A DNA stretch of 59,780 bases, filler included, from Neoconidiobolus thromboides FSU 785 (taxonomy: Eukaryota; Fungi; Entomophthoromycota), in the NCBI GenBank assembly GCA_025603075.1. It is 7 parts of 7 records of this genome, joined end to end, with 100 filler letters (N's around TTAATTAATTAA, not from the genome) between each part and the next. Parts side by side here need not be neighbours in the genome. Positions count along the whole stretch, not along the records: positions 45,219 to 56,908 come from MU626640.1; positions 57,009 to 58,260 come from MU627008.1; positions 58,361 to 59,780 come from MU626970.1; 4 more parts are not named here. The stretch is one strand, 5' to 3'. A model generated the notes under the pieces. That model was not told the origin of the DNA and searched no databases. It worked only from the letters and a program-made list of their open reading frames with translations. Position 1 is the first letter of the stretch, and every line of letters begins with the position of its first letter. The position numbers were made by a program, and so were the translations under genes. Below, piece by piece: positions 50,434-59,780 of the stretch.

Positions 50434-51215
50434 ATATCCTAATGAAATAACAGCAAAAGATATTCAATTTTATTGATTCAATAGAAATCAAATATATGGA
50501 TAAAATATTTACTTTAATATTATGAGTTATTATAAAACTTAATATTAATAAAGTCACTCTTTTTTAATAAAAAAAATAACTTTTATAATACAAAATAGCT
50601 TTATAATTTAATAAGTATAATAGAATTAGAAAAATACTTAAAAATATTAATTAATAGTATTAGTTAATTTTACTAGAGTTAATTTAAAAAAAAACTTACA
50701 AACTATTTTGAATAGTACTGAATATGAATATGAATATTATAGTCATCAAAGAAACAAAGGTTTATTAAAGTAGATTAACAAAGCTATGAGACTCATAATG
50801 GTAAATAGAAATCATATTATTAAAAAAAGATATTTGATAATAATAGCATTTATATTTAATATTTGATACAATTAATATCCCATACGGTATCTACTTTATT
50901 AACAATAATTTAAACTGTATATTTAAAAACTAAATACTAATAATAATAAGTAAATTGGAAATACATAACAATTATTGTTTGATTTACAACTAACAGTTCA
51001 AAATTTTTATTTATATCAACTTTTTTGCAATCTATAAACTTTAGAAAAAAAAATGAGCCCAACTTTAATTAAGCTTCTATACTAACAACAGTAAATTCCC
51101 AACTTTATGAAACTTCCAGAAATGTCAAGTTAAGTCTTAAACGATTTAATCATGATGCTAAAAATTTAAAAAGTGGTTGCAAAAAACCAACAAACTTCAA
51201 ATTTCATGTAAAAAA

Positions 51216-52512
51216 ATGACCAGTTTAACTACTACCTTTTTCAATCGATTAAAGTCCATAGTCTCTACTTTAGTACCTAGTAAAAAAATGGATACTTCTA
51301 GTAATCCTCAAAAAGGGCGACCAAAAGGAAGAAAGAATAAAAAGGAAGATATAGAAACCATAATAATTCAAGATGAAGAGATAGATTATTATACAATATT
51401 AGGGGTTAGTAAAGAAGATGATGAAGAGGGTATTAAAAAAGCGTATAGGAAATTAAGTTTGAAATGGCATCCGGATAAAAATCCAGATAATAAATCAAAT
51501 GCTGAAGAAAAATTTAAAAAGATTTCAGAAGCTTATCAAGTGTTATCGGATGGTAAATGGAATTATTTATTATTATTTTAAATAGAGATTAATTGTTTTT
51601 TTAGCGGAGAAAAGGAGAGTGTATGATAACAGAAGTAAGTTGATAAGATTACATTTTTTACAACTGAATTTAAATTATTGCTTTTTAGGAAATAATAGTT
51701 ATCCTAATATAAATAATAATTATGATAATTGTAAGTGATTTAAAATCTAAATTTGAAAATAAATAAACTAATTGATTATTAGATTCCCAACATCGTCAAG
51801 GATATAATTTTGGATTCCAAGACCCATTTGATTTATTTCGTAATTTTTTTGAACATGATCCTTTTTCGAACAATTTCTTTAGTAAGTTTAAGAACTACTA
51901 TAATAATAATAATAATAATAATTTCATTTTCTTTGTATAGATTCTAGATCTTACTTACACCAACATCCATTATTTCAAAATTCTTTTTCACAGCATAATA
52001 CTTTTCATGATCCCTTTCTTAGTGATCCTTTTTTTAATGACCCTTTTGGACATAATTCTATGCATCATTCAATGCACCATACTGCTCACCACTCTGCCCT
52101 TAATCAAACAGCCAATTTCCCTAGTTTCGGATTTCCAAATCAATTTATTAATCCAATGTCTCATTTTAATTCCTCATTTTCAGGAATGAATATGAATTCT
52201 AATAATAATAATAATAGTAATCAAAATGACTTTAGCTCTGTAAGAAGTTATACAAGTACAATTAATGGTAGAACTACTTCTGTTAAAGAAACTATAGATT
52301 CACAAGTAAGTATTTATTATTATTAGTTTAATGTGTTTAAATTTATTTATTTTATTGAATATTTTTAGGGTAACGTAGAAAGAATTACTACTAATCCAGA
52401 TGGTTCAATAACTACTACTTATAATGGTACACAGACTAATTCCAATAATAATCGGTTGACAGGTACAAATGGAAACAATGCACATCCTGGAAAAACACTT
52501 CATTATCAATGA
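51216..52512 (+). CDS. DnaJ/Hsp40 co-chaperone (DNAJB6/B8-like), multi-exon
   Basis: J domain DYYTILGV...[17 protein letters not shown]...[18 protein letters not shown]-rich region [12 protein letters not shown], and a C-terminal [17 protein letters not shown] segment. An alternative ATG lies at 51288. Confidence 0.9.
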
Positions 52513-52677
52513 TAATAATATAATTTAATATAGTATTATTATTATTATTTAAAATAGTTAATAACTATTGTTCATACTTTACAGTTGCTCCTTTATCTAT
52601 CTATCTCTTGTTGAACTATCTATATAATAAAAAAAAATTTATGGGCTTTAATTTTAATTGTTTTGTTAAATTTATTT

Positions 52678-52775
52678 GGAGATGTATTTTTTTATGAGAA
52701 TTTTACTAACAATTTTTCCACTTAAATAGCGCTTAAAAGATAGAAAAAAATAATGAAACAAAAAAAAACACCCTC
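52678..52775 (+). mobile_element. ~98-bp MITE copy between convergent DnaJ and PON-like 3' ends
   Basis: ATTT/ATTT target duplication. Confidence 0.82.
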
Positions 52776-52795
52776 ATTTATTAAAAAATGAAAAT

Positions 52796-54026
52796 TTAAT
52801 TTTGAGATAAATCAATAGGACAATCCAAGATACCTTCAGGATTAAGTAAACCGGATATTAAAATACGATTTAATTTTAAATTAGCAGCAGCTACTGAAGT
52901 AGTAGATAAAGGGCCTAATTTATCCATTAACAAAATCTCTTGTTTGTAATTTTTACCATAAAATTTCCCATCCCCTGTTTCATTCGAAATTCTAGCTACA
53001 ACACCTTCCACCGGTTTATAATCGTTTGTATTATAAGTTTCAAAATACTTGAAAACCCCTAATGATTTTGGAAATCCAGCCAAATATAAATTTCCAGTAA
53101 CTGGCTCCAATTTAATATTATCTGGTAGGAAACTTAATTCTATAACTTCTTTTTCTTCCAATTCACCTGTGTCTTTATCTCGATTAAACAAATGTAATTT
53201 ACCATTCATTGTTTCTGTCATATAAACTAAATCTTGTTGATAATTTATAGCTAAGCCATTAGGATATTTATAACCTTTAGCAACGGTAACGACCTCATTA
53301 ACTTCATTTTTATATAATACAGAACCATAAGCAAGAAACGTTAATTGTTCTAAATAATGAATAAAACCTGAAGAAGTAGATATATCTTTTGTTACATAGA
53401 ATGAAGTTGGAGATACAGCAGTAATACCATTTAAATTATTAAATTCCTTATTTAAAAAACTCTCAATATAATCTACTGAATTTTCATTGACTTTATAACT
53501 AAAATGTTCTACTGAATCAATATTATTAAATCGATGATTTATCACCAATATATGAACTAGTTCTTTATCCTTTGGATCCTCAATAATATCAAGTCCTTGA
53601 AAGGATAAATTAATATCTGTTGGTAAATTATTAATGGTTAACTTCTTCACTTGTTGTTTATTAAAGTCATATGAATAGATAAAAGACTCTTTGTTACGAG
53701 TCAATTTATCTCGTGGTGAATAACCTAGTTTGACATTCTCTTTATGTAATAAATAATTACCAGGACATCCGATGATAGCTTGATTAGAAAGATAATGAAT
53801 AGCTAAATCTTCACAACCTTTTAATTCTAATAAGATGTTAATATATTGATTATTACTTAGTTTATTTCAATAGATGATTACCTGGTAATGTATGACATTT
53901 TGATAAATCGGATTGTTTAAATTCATTTAAAAAAGATTCAGAAAAAAATAACAAATTAATAAAACCAGAAGAAAAATAAGCTAAGATAGCTAATAACACA
54001 ACTAATGTATAACTAATGATACTCAT
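52796..54026 (-). CDS. Paraoxonase/arylesterase-like six-bladed beta-propeller (PON/strictosidine-synthase-like), 2 exons
   Basis: N-terminal hydrophobic anchor, KGCEDL, ILVINH, SVEHF, NLNGITAV, YPNGLA, LPDNI. One intron at about 53830-53882. Confidence 0.85.
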
Positions 54027-54364
54027 TTATAGACTGATTTTCGTTGTTTTCTTTTTTTTTAAAAATACAAAAAGTTATAAAAAGATAATTTTTTAGAATT
54101 TGTATAGCTTTATATTGTTAAGTTTCTTTATTTTACTTTGTAATTTAAAAGAATAAAAATGACGAAATCAAAGTTGAATACTTTTTTGGAATTAGATATT
54201 TATTAAAAAAAAATAGAACTTTCCATACTTCATTTTTTACATTTCCTTTTTAAACGAATACTAAGTTTTTATGAAAAATTCTAATACTCTTTATATATTT
54301 CTATTAACCTACACGTAATAGAAAAAAGTATATTCTTTATTTAATATTATTATAATATTGATAT

Positions 54365-54462
54365 GTAGGTCTAATTTTTTATCTAAGGATTTTACTAACA
54401 ATCTTTCCACTCAAATAGCGCTTAAAAAATGGAAAAAATGATGAACCCAAAAAAACACCCCT
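54365..54462 (+). mobile_element. ~98-bp MITE copy
   Basis: ATAT/ATAT; left arm decayed. Confidence 0.77.
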
Positions 54463-55181
54463 ATATGTTCCTTTTTCATATTTAAATATTTTGTTTGTTT
54501 CGCATCAATTGAATACTCACTAAGAACAGTAGGTAGAGTTCATCTTTATTTAAAATAAAACTTAAACGATATCAGAGAAATATCACTAAAATTCAATACC
54601 AATAAAACAACATTATCACCCTAATTAATACATAGTATCATATTAAACACGAAAAAAAAAATAATTATTAAAAAAAAAATAATTATTAAAAAAGTAAGGA
54701 ATAGACTATACTAATTCACTCTATTTATAACCATAGTAGCTCCTATATAGTGAAATAATATTTATAGTATATTGAGCCTTTAATACAGATCACCTTAACC
54801 TTGATTAAAATTTAATACAAAATTAATAGTTCCCTATGTTAACTTTTGCAAAATCTATATGGAAGTATTTTTTTAACTCTGTTTTTGTTTATCTTTTATC
54901 CAGTGTAAAGTTTAAAAAGGGTTGAATTTTATAAGTTAAAAACTCAGTTAAGATTAACAATAAAATCATCCAATTTTGCTAATTTTGCTTATTTAATCCT
55001 TTTCTGTAGCGTAAAATTTTGAAAAAAATATCAAATAGATATTAGACAAAGAGACATTCCTATATAATTAATCTGAAAATTGAATAAGAGCAGTTATTTT
55101 TATAGTATTAGGTGCTTAATTCGCAATTTTTACTAAAATAAAACTGGACAAAATTTGAACTGAGGTTTTAAACTAACCTAT

Positions 55182-55275
55182 AGGGATGTATTTTTGTTTA
55201 AGAACTTTACTAACAATTTTTCCACTCGAACAGCGCTCAAAAATGGAAAAAATACTGAAACCAAAAAACACTACT
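55182..55275 (+). mobile_element. ~98-bp MITE copy
   Basis: Conserved core; flanks CTAT/ATAT. Confidence 0.77.
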
Positions 55276-56061
55276 ATATTTAATTTAATCTAAATTTAGA
55301 AATGGTTGGTATTATTGAAAGTGTCATTATATTCATTTGTGGTTTACGCACTTCGTAAAAAAATGTGAAAATTTTTATTCAAAATTAGCCTTGAATTTAC
55401 AAGAAATACGTATTTTTTTTCAAGTAAATGGTAAAGTTTTATTTGGAAATGTTTACTTTTTTTGTAAAAATACGTAAACTATAGATAAATAGTGTTTTTA
55501 AAACCTTAGTTTTTTTCAAAACTTTCTAACTCATTTTAATATTGCCAAAATTTACCATTTTTAGATAGGTAACCTATACTCAAAGATAGAATGTTAGCTT
55601 TTTGTTAAAAAAGGTCAATTATTGTCAAACTGATAATTCTCAATAATAGTTAAAGTATATATGAACTTATCAATTAGTATAAGAATATAATTCATTTCGC
55701 CTAATGTATACAATTTTTGAGTGTTATTGACTAGATTAAGTGGCTTGTATATTAACATGAGTTTATAAATTCAAAATAATACTAGTTTATTAAATATAAG
55801 AAATAAGTAATTGGTTAAAAAATTACTTCTATAACGTGTTAAAAAATATCACAAGCTATGGAATAAAGAATGCTGACTACAAAAATACTAAATATACATA
55901 ACTTAGGCTTTTTATAGAAGTAAATTAAAACTTGATAAATGCATTCATCTTTTTAGGTTTTAAGTTTTTTTTATAAAAAATAAAGTGTAATTGATTACAT
56001 TTGTTAAAAAATCATGGACCAAAAATAATAAAAATAACTCAATTTTAAAACATAAGCAATA

Positions 56062-56100
56062 TGGGTTACTTTGGGTTACTTTGGGTTACTTTAGGTCACT
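56062..56100. repeat. 10-bp tandem repeat (TGGGTTACTT x3 plus a degenerate unit) upstream of subtilisin copy 2
   Basis: Read directly from the sequence. Confidence 0.8.
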
Positions 56101-56245
56101 AGTGTTGTTGTGAGTGCAAAACGATGTCAGAAAGTCAAAAAATTTAATTTTGAAATTGGTCTCAACAATTAAAGTTAAAAATGCATTAAATGTATATAAT
56201 AAGCAGCTTTAAAACAACAACATTTCTTTTTAAAATATTAAAAGA

Positions 56246-56908
56246 ATGCAATTATATTATTGTTTTATATTGACCCTTACATTGATATCACTTTCAAATG
56301 TTTTAGGTAAGGCTAAAGTTACAACTCAAGTAACTCAGGATTTAAATACCAAAAGTCTTGCTCCTATCCTTGTTCAATTACACCCAGCTGATGTTCCTAC
56401 ATTAAATATCAATCAAAACTCCAGACTTGCTGTTAATGAAGTTATCTTAGATGCCCATGCTGATAATGTTGTTGATGTTTTAAATACCCATGCTGAACAA
56501 ACTAAAGGTTCTGTTCAAGATATCTTAGAGAAATATAAGAAAGAAGGAAAAATTAAGGATTATCGTTTCTATTCAATCTCTAATACTTTTGCTGTTGAAG
56601 CTCCAAAAGAATTGATTGATATTTTATCTAACAGTAGTCAAGTTGAAGAAATTTCTTCCAACCGTAAAGTGAATGCAAATGTTTTATCCCTTGGAAAACA
56701 AGAAGCTGTATTAGCTGGTGATATCAACTGGACTGGGAAAGAAGTTCATTGGAGTTTAAAATTTATTAATGCTACCAAGTTACCAAGAGAAGTTACCAAT
56801 AATGCTAAATATTTACGTTATGCTAATGCTGATACTGGTGTAGATTATACTCATCCTGCTATTGCTCATAATTATTTAGGAAGAGATTCAAGAGGAAAAT
56901 ATAACCAT
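56246..56908 (+). CDS. Secreted S8 subtilisin-like serine protease, copy 2; 3' part lost in gap
   Basis: Near-identical to 45219-45881 in the opposite orientation, with the same DTG motif and the same truncation point. Confidence 0.9.
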
Positions 56909-57008
56909 NNNNNNNNNNNNNNNNNNNNNNNNNNNNNNNNNNNNNNNNNNNNTTAATTAATTAANNNNNNNNNNNNNNNNNNNNNNNNNNNNNNNNNNNN
57001 NNNNNNNN

Positions 57009-57103
57009 TTAACAAACAAAAATCATCCATTTGGCTTGGTGACAAACTTTAATATTCATATCTTTCTTTACTACTTTTACTTTATAATAAATTTTAATTT
57101 TTC
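57009..57103 (-). repeat. 95-bp exact inverted repeat, partner at 58166-58260
   Basis: Exact reverse complement of 58166-58260; both copies end at contig edges. Confidence 0.9.
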
Positions 57104-58165
57104 ATTGGTTAATGTATTTCCCTAAAGTTGTAATCTAATATAAAATTGTAATCTAATATAAAATTGTTGATCCTTTATAATTTTTCAGTCAAGACTTTTT
57201 ATTTATTTCTTTCCTTGAAGGAGTAATTGATATTATATTTTGCTATTAATTTCAGGGTTAAAATTTAGATTGTTTTTCCATTTGGTCACTGTATTGGTCT
57301 CCTAATATAAAATTTCAGGTTAATGTTAACTATTTTGTAGAGTAAAAAATCAAATTGTTTAAAAAAATATTATAGGCAAAAATTTATGTGGGAACTCATT
57401 AATACACTTCTGCCAATATACTAATAGCTTAATTCTATCGTAATATCAAACATCTCTAAATAACATAGATCAAATAAGTTATTGGTAGAAACAAGCTAAT
57501 ACTATTTTGTGATTCTACTTGTATTTCGATAGGCTTGATATGAACCTCATGAATTACTCATTTTTGTTGTGCCTTAACATATAACAATTTATAATATTTA
57601 TGTGATATTGTAAATTGTATAAATTTAAATGAAAAAATAGAATTATTAGAGATTCATAAAAACCAATAACTTAATTTAAACTTTAGATTATAAAGGGGAG
57701 ATATTATAACTTATAGCTCTATGTTGTTTTATTATGTGTAATACATCATAAGTTAAGGAGTTTATTAAAGATGGTACATTGAAAATTTGTAGACAATTAG
57801 AATAAAATTTATACTAAAGTTGAGTCCAAGTTAATAAACTCATTGAAATACTTAAAGAGTAAATCCTTGAGATAAACTATTAACATAGTAAATTTAACTG
57901 AATCGACAAAAGCACGATCGTTGTCATAAAAAACCACCGATTTACACCCTTAATATTGTCAATTATTCATGCTAAGGATATACAAAGGATACTAAAAGTT
58001 GGTAGCCCAAAGTAACTACATACAGATTTATAGTGGCCATTATCGGCATTTTAAAAACGATTTTATTAAACATGATAAAATTCACAGTTTAAAAGAAATT
58101 ACAAAATATAAACAAATCGAAAATCTAAAGGTTGAATAAAACTCAACATTAAAAAAACTAAAATA

Positions 58166-58260
58166 GAAAAATTAAAATTTATTATAAAGTAAAAGTAGTA
58201 AAGAAAGATATGAATATTAAAGTTTGTCACCAAGCCAAATGGATGATTTTTGTTTGTTAA
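58166..58260 (+). repeat. 95-bp exact inverted repeat, partner at 57009-57103
   Basis: Exact reverse complement of 57009-57103. Confidence 0.9.
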
Positions 58261-58360
58261 NNNNNNNNNNNNNNNNNNNNNNNNNNNNNNNNNNNNNNNN
58301 NNNNTTAATTAATTAANNNNNNNNNNNNNNNNNNNNNNNNNNNNNNNNNNNNNNNNNNNN

Positions 58361-58547
58361 GTTGGGTTCATCATGGTAAATTTATTACTTCCAGTGGTAT
58401 TACAGCGGGGATTGATGCAGCTTTGTATATTCTTTCCTTAGTTAAGGATAAAAAAATAGTGGAATTTTTTGCTGATATGTTAGATATACAGTTAATCTTG
58501 ATCCCGATCAAGATCCTTTTACTGAGGTTTACGAGCAAGGAAAATAA
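58361..58547 (+). pseudogene. 3' end of a DJ-1/PfpI (ThiJ) family gene with an apparent 1-nt frameshift
   Basis: WVHHGKFITSSGITAGIDAALY matches the family pattern WVxDGxxxTSxGxxAGID. The expected tail YTVNLDPDQDPF is in another frame after ATGTTAGATATACA. Confidence 0.65.
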
Positions 58548-59283
58548 ACTGGCAGATTTGATATAATAATATATAAAACTATTTTGGTTCAAACGGAATA
58601 ATGCGTCTAATTTATTTAATGGTTTAGCTTTAGATTATAGTTGAATATAAATTATAAACTTTGAAATATAAATTGATTTTGGGCATATTGAGATAGTAGG
58701 ATTAACAGTTTTAATTGTACATACTATTTTAATCAAGAAGCATCAATTTAAAATTATAATTTTCAATCAAATAATCAATAAACCAAAAACTATCAACATT
58801 ATACTTCATTTTGCTATATAAGATATAACTAACAAGATGGATAAGCAGATGATAACTTAAGGTATGAGTCATATTGATCGGTAATTTACTCAATAACACT
58901 GTGTGATGACAAAAGTTTCCTCATTAACTAAACACTGCTTGTTGATAGACACTTGTTTAAACCATAGTTCCACGATATTTAATTTATCAATATGTAAATG
59001 TCGTTTTGCTTTAATATTTTGGCCGCTTTTTATATAGTGTAAAATTGCAAAAATTAAAAGTAAAAGTAAAACAAAGAAGACAAGCATATTCATTTGAAAA
59101 CTATTGAAAGTTGAAAGTTAAAAAATATGATACGCACCTAATTTTGCGAACCCTGTGTTGTGTATATAAAATGGGTAAAATTATAGAAATATATATACTT
59201 TATTTTTTTTAAACCTTGGGGTATATTGACAAAGGGTTTGGATTCAATAACTGATAAAAACTCAATATTTATAAGTTTCATAT

Positions 59284-59379
59284 GGGAGTGTTTTTTTTGA
59301 CTTCATTATCTTTCCACTTTAAGCGTTATTTAAGCGGAAAATTTGGTAGTAAAATTCTTAAACATAAAAATACATCCCC
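59284..59379 (-). mobile_element. ~98-bp MITE copy
   Basis: ATAT/ATAT. Confidence 0.82.
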
Positions 59380-59680
59380 ATATATTATATTCCAGCTTCA
59401 CAAAGCTTCATATTAAGCTATAAGCGATTTTAAAATAATATTAAACCTTATAGATATTTTTATAGTAATAATGGCCTTCACTAAATCATGCTAGTTAAAT
59501 TATAAATTGAGTAGTTTATTTCTTATAGAATCTGTGGCTACATTTTAAAGAAAACTGCAAAACTTGTAAAACTAACTCTTTATATATTCTGGGTTTTTTA
59601 CAATAATGCTGTAGTAGGGTTTTTCAACATTGATGTTAGATTAAAACCAGTTGACAATTATTGGTTTTATAAAAAAATAT

Positions 59681-59779
59681 GGGGATGTATTTTTGTGTCT
59701 AACAATTTTACTAACAATTTCTCTACTTAAATAGCGCTTGGAAGGTGGAAAAAGTAATGAAGCCAAAAAAGACATCCCC
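59681..59779 (+). mobile_element. ~98-bp MITE copy at the window edge
   Basis: GGGGATGT...ACATCCCC intact. Confidence 0.83.
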
Positions 59780-59780
59780 A

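Noticed and set aside
57127-57167. 18-bp tandem duplication; similar short AT-rich duplications near 36858 and 54652
   Set aside because: Ordinary slippage in AT-rich intergenic DNA.
1398-59779. CRISPR-like or REP-like array interpretation of the short repeats
   Set aside because: Eukaryotic context; copies are dispersed in both orientations with target duplications, and there are no regular spacers or cas genes.

Overview
Very AT-rich eukaryotic scaffold with short (about 35-100 nt) GT-AG introns. It is fungal (Zn2Cys6 regulators), and the gene content suggests an early-diverging lineage such as Entomophthoromycotina/Conidiobolus; that taxon is an inference. The window spans seven contigs joined by six 100-nt N spacers carrying a TTAATTAATTAA linker, plus one plain N gap. 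The left third (1-23.3 kb) is an accessory block: two tandem Zn2Cys6 regulator paralogues, two clear cytochrome P450 genes, probably an inverted pair of further P450s collapsed into gaps, and a Gly/Ala/Asn-rich protein. The centre is mostly conserved genes: a class-A-like GPCR, PP2A scaffold subunit, ABC1/ADCK kinase, STEEP1 homologue, GH5 endoglycoceramidase-like enzyme, RSPRY1-like ligase, ING PHD protein, a rhodanese-methyltransferase fusion and three identical tRNA-Leu(UAA). The right part holds an inverted pair of near-identical subtilisins enclosing PTPA, a DnaJ protein and a paraoxonase-like gene, followed by a DJ-1/PfpI 3' fragment. Intergenic DNA carries about 30 copies of a ~98-bp MITE (GGGGATG...CATCCCC ends, 4-bp AWWT target duplications, one nested insertion, an internal intron-like cassette) and four copies of a 463-bp TG...CA solo-LTR-like repeat. 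All coordinates and alignments were read by eye; no searches were run.
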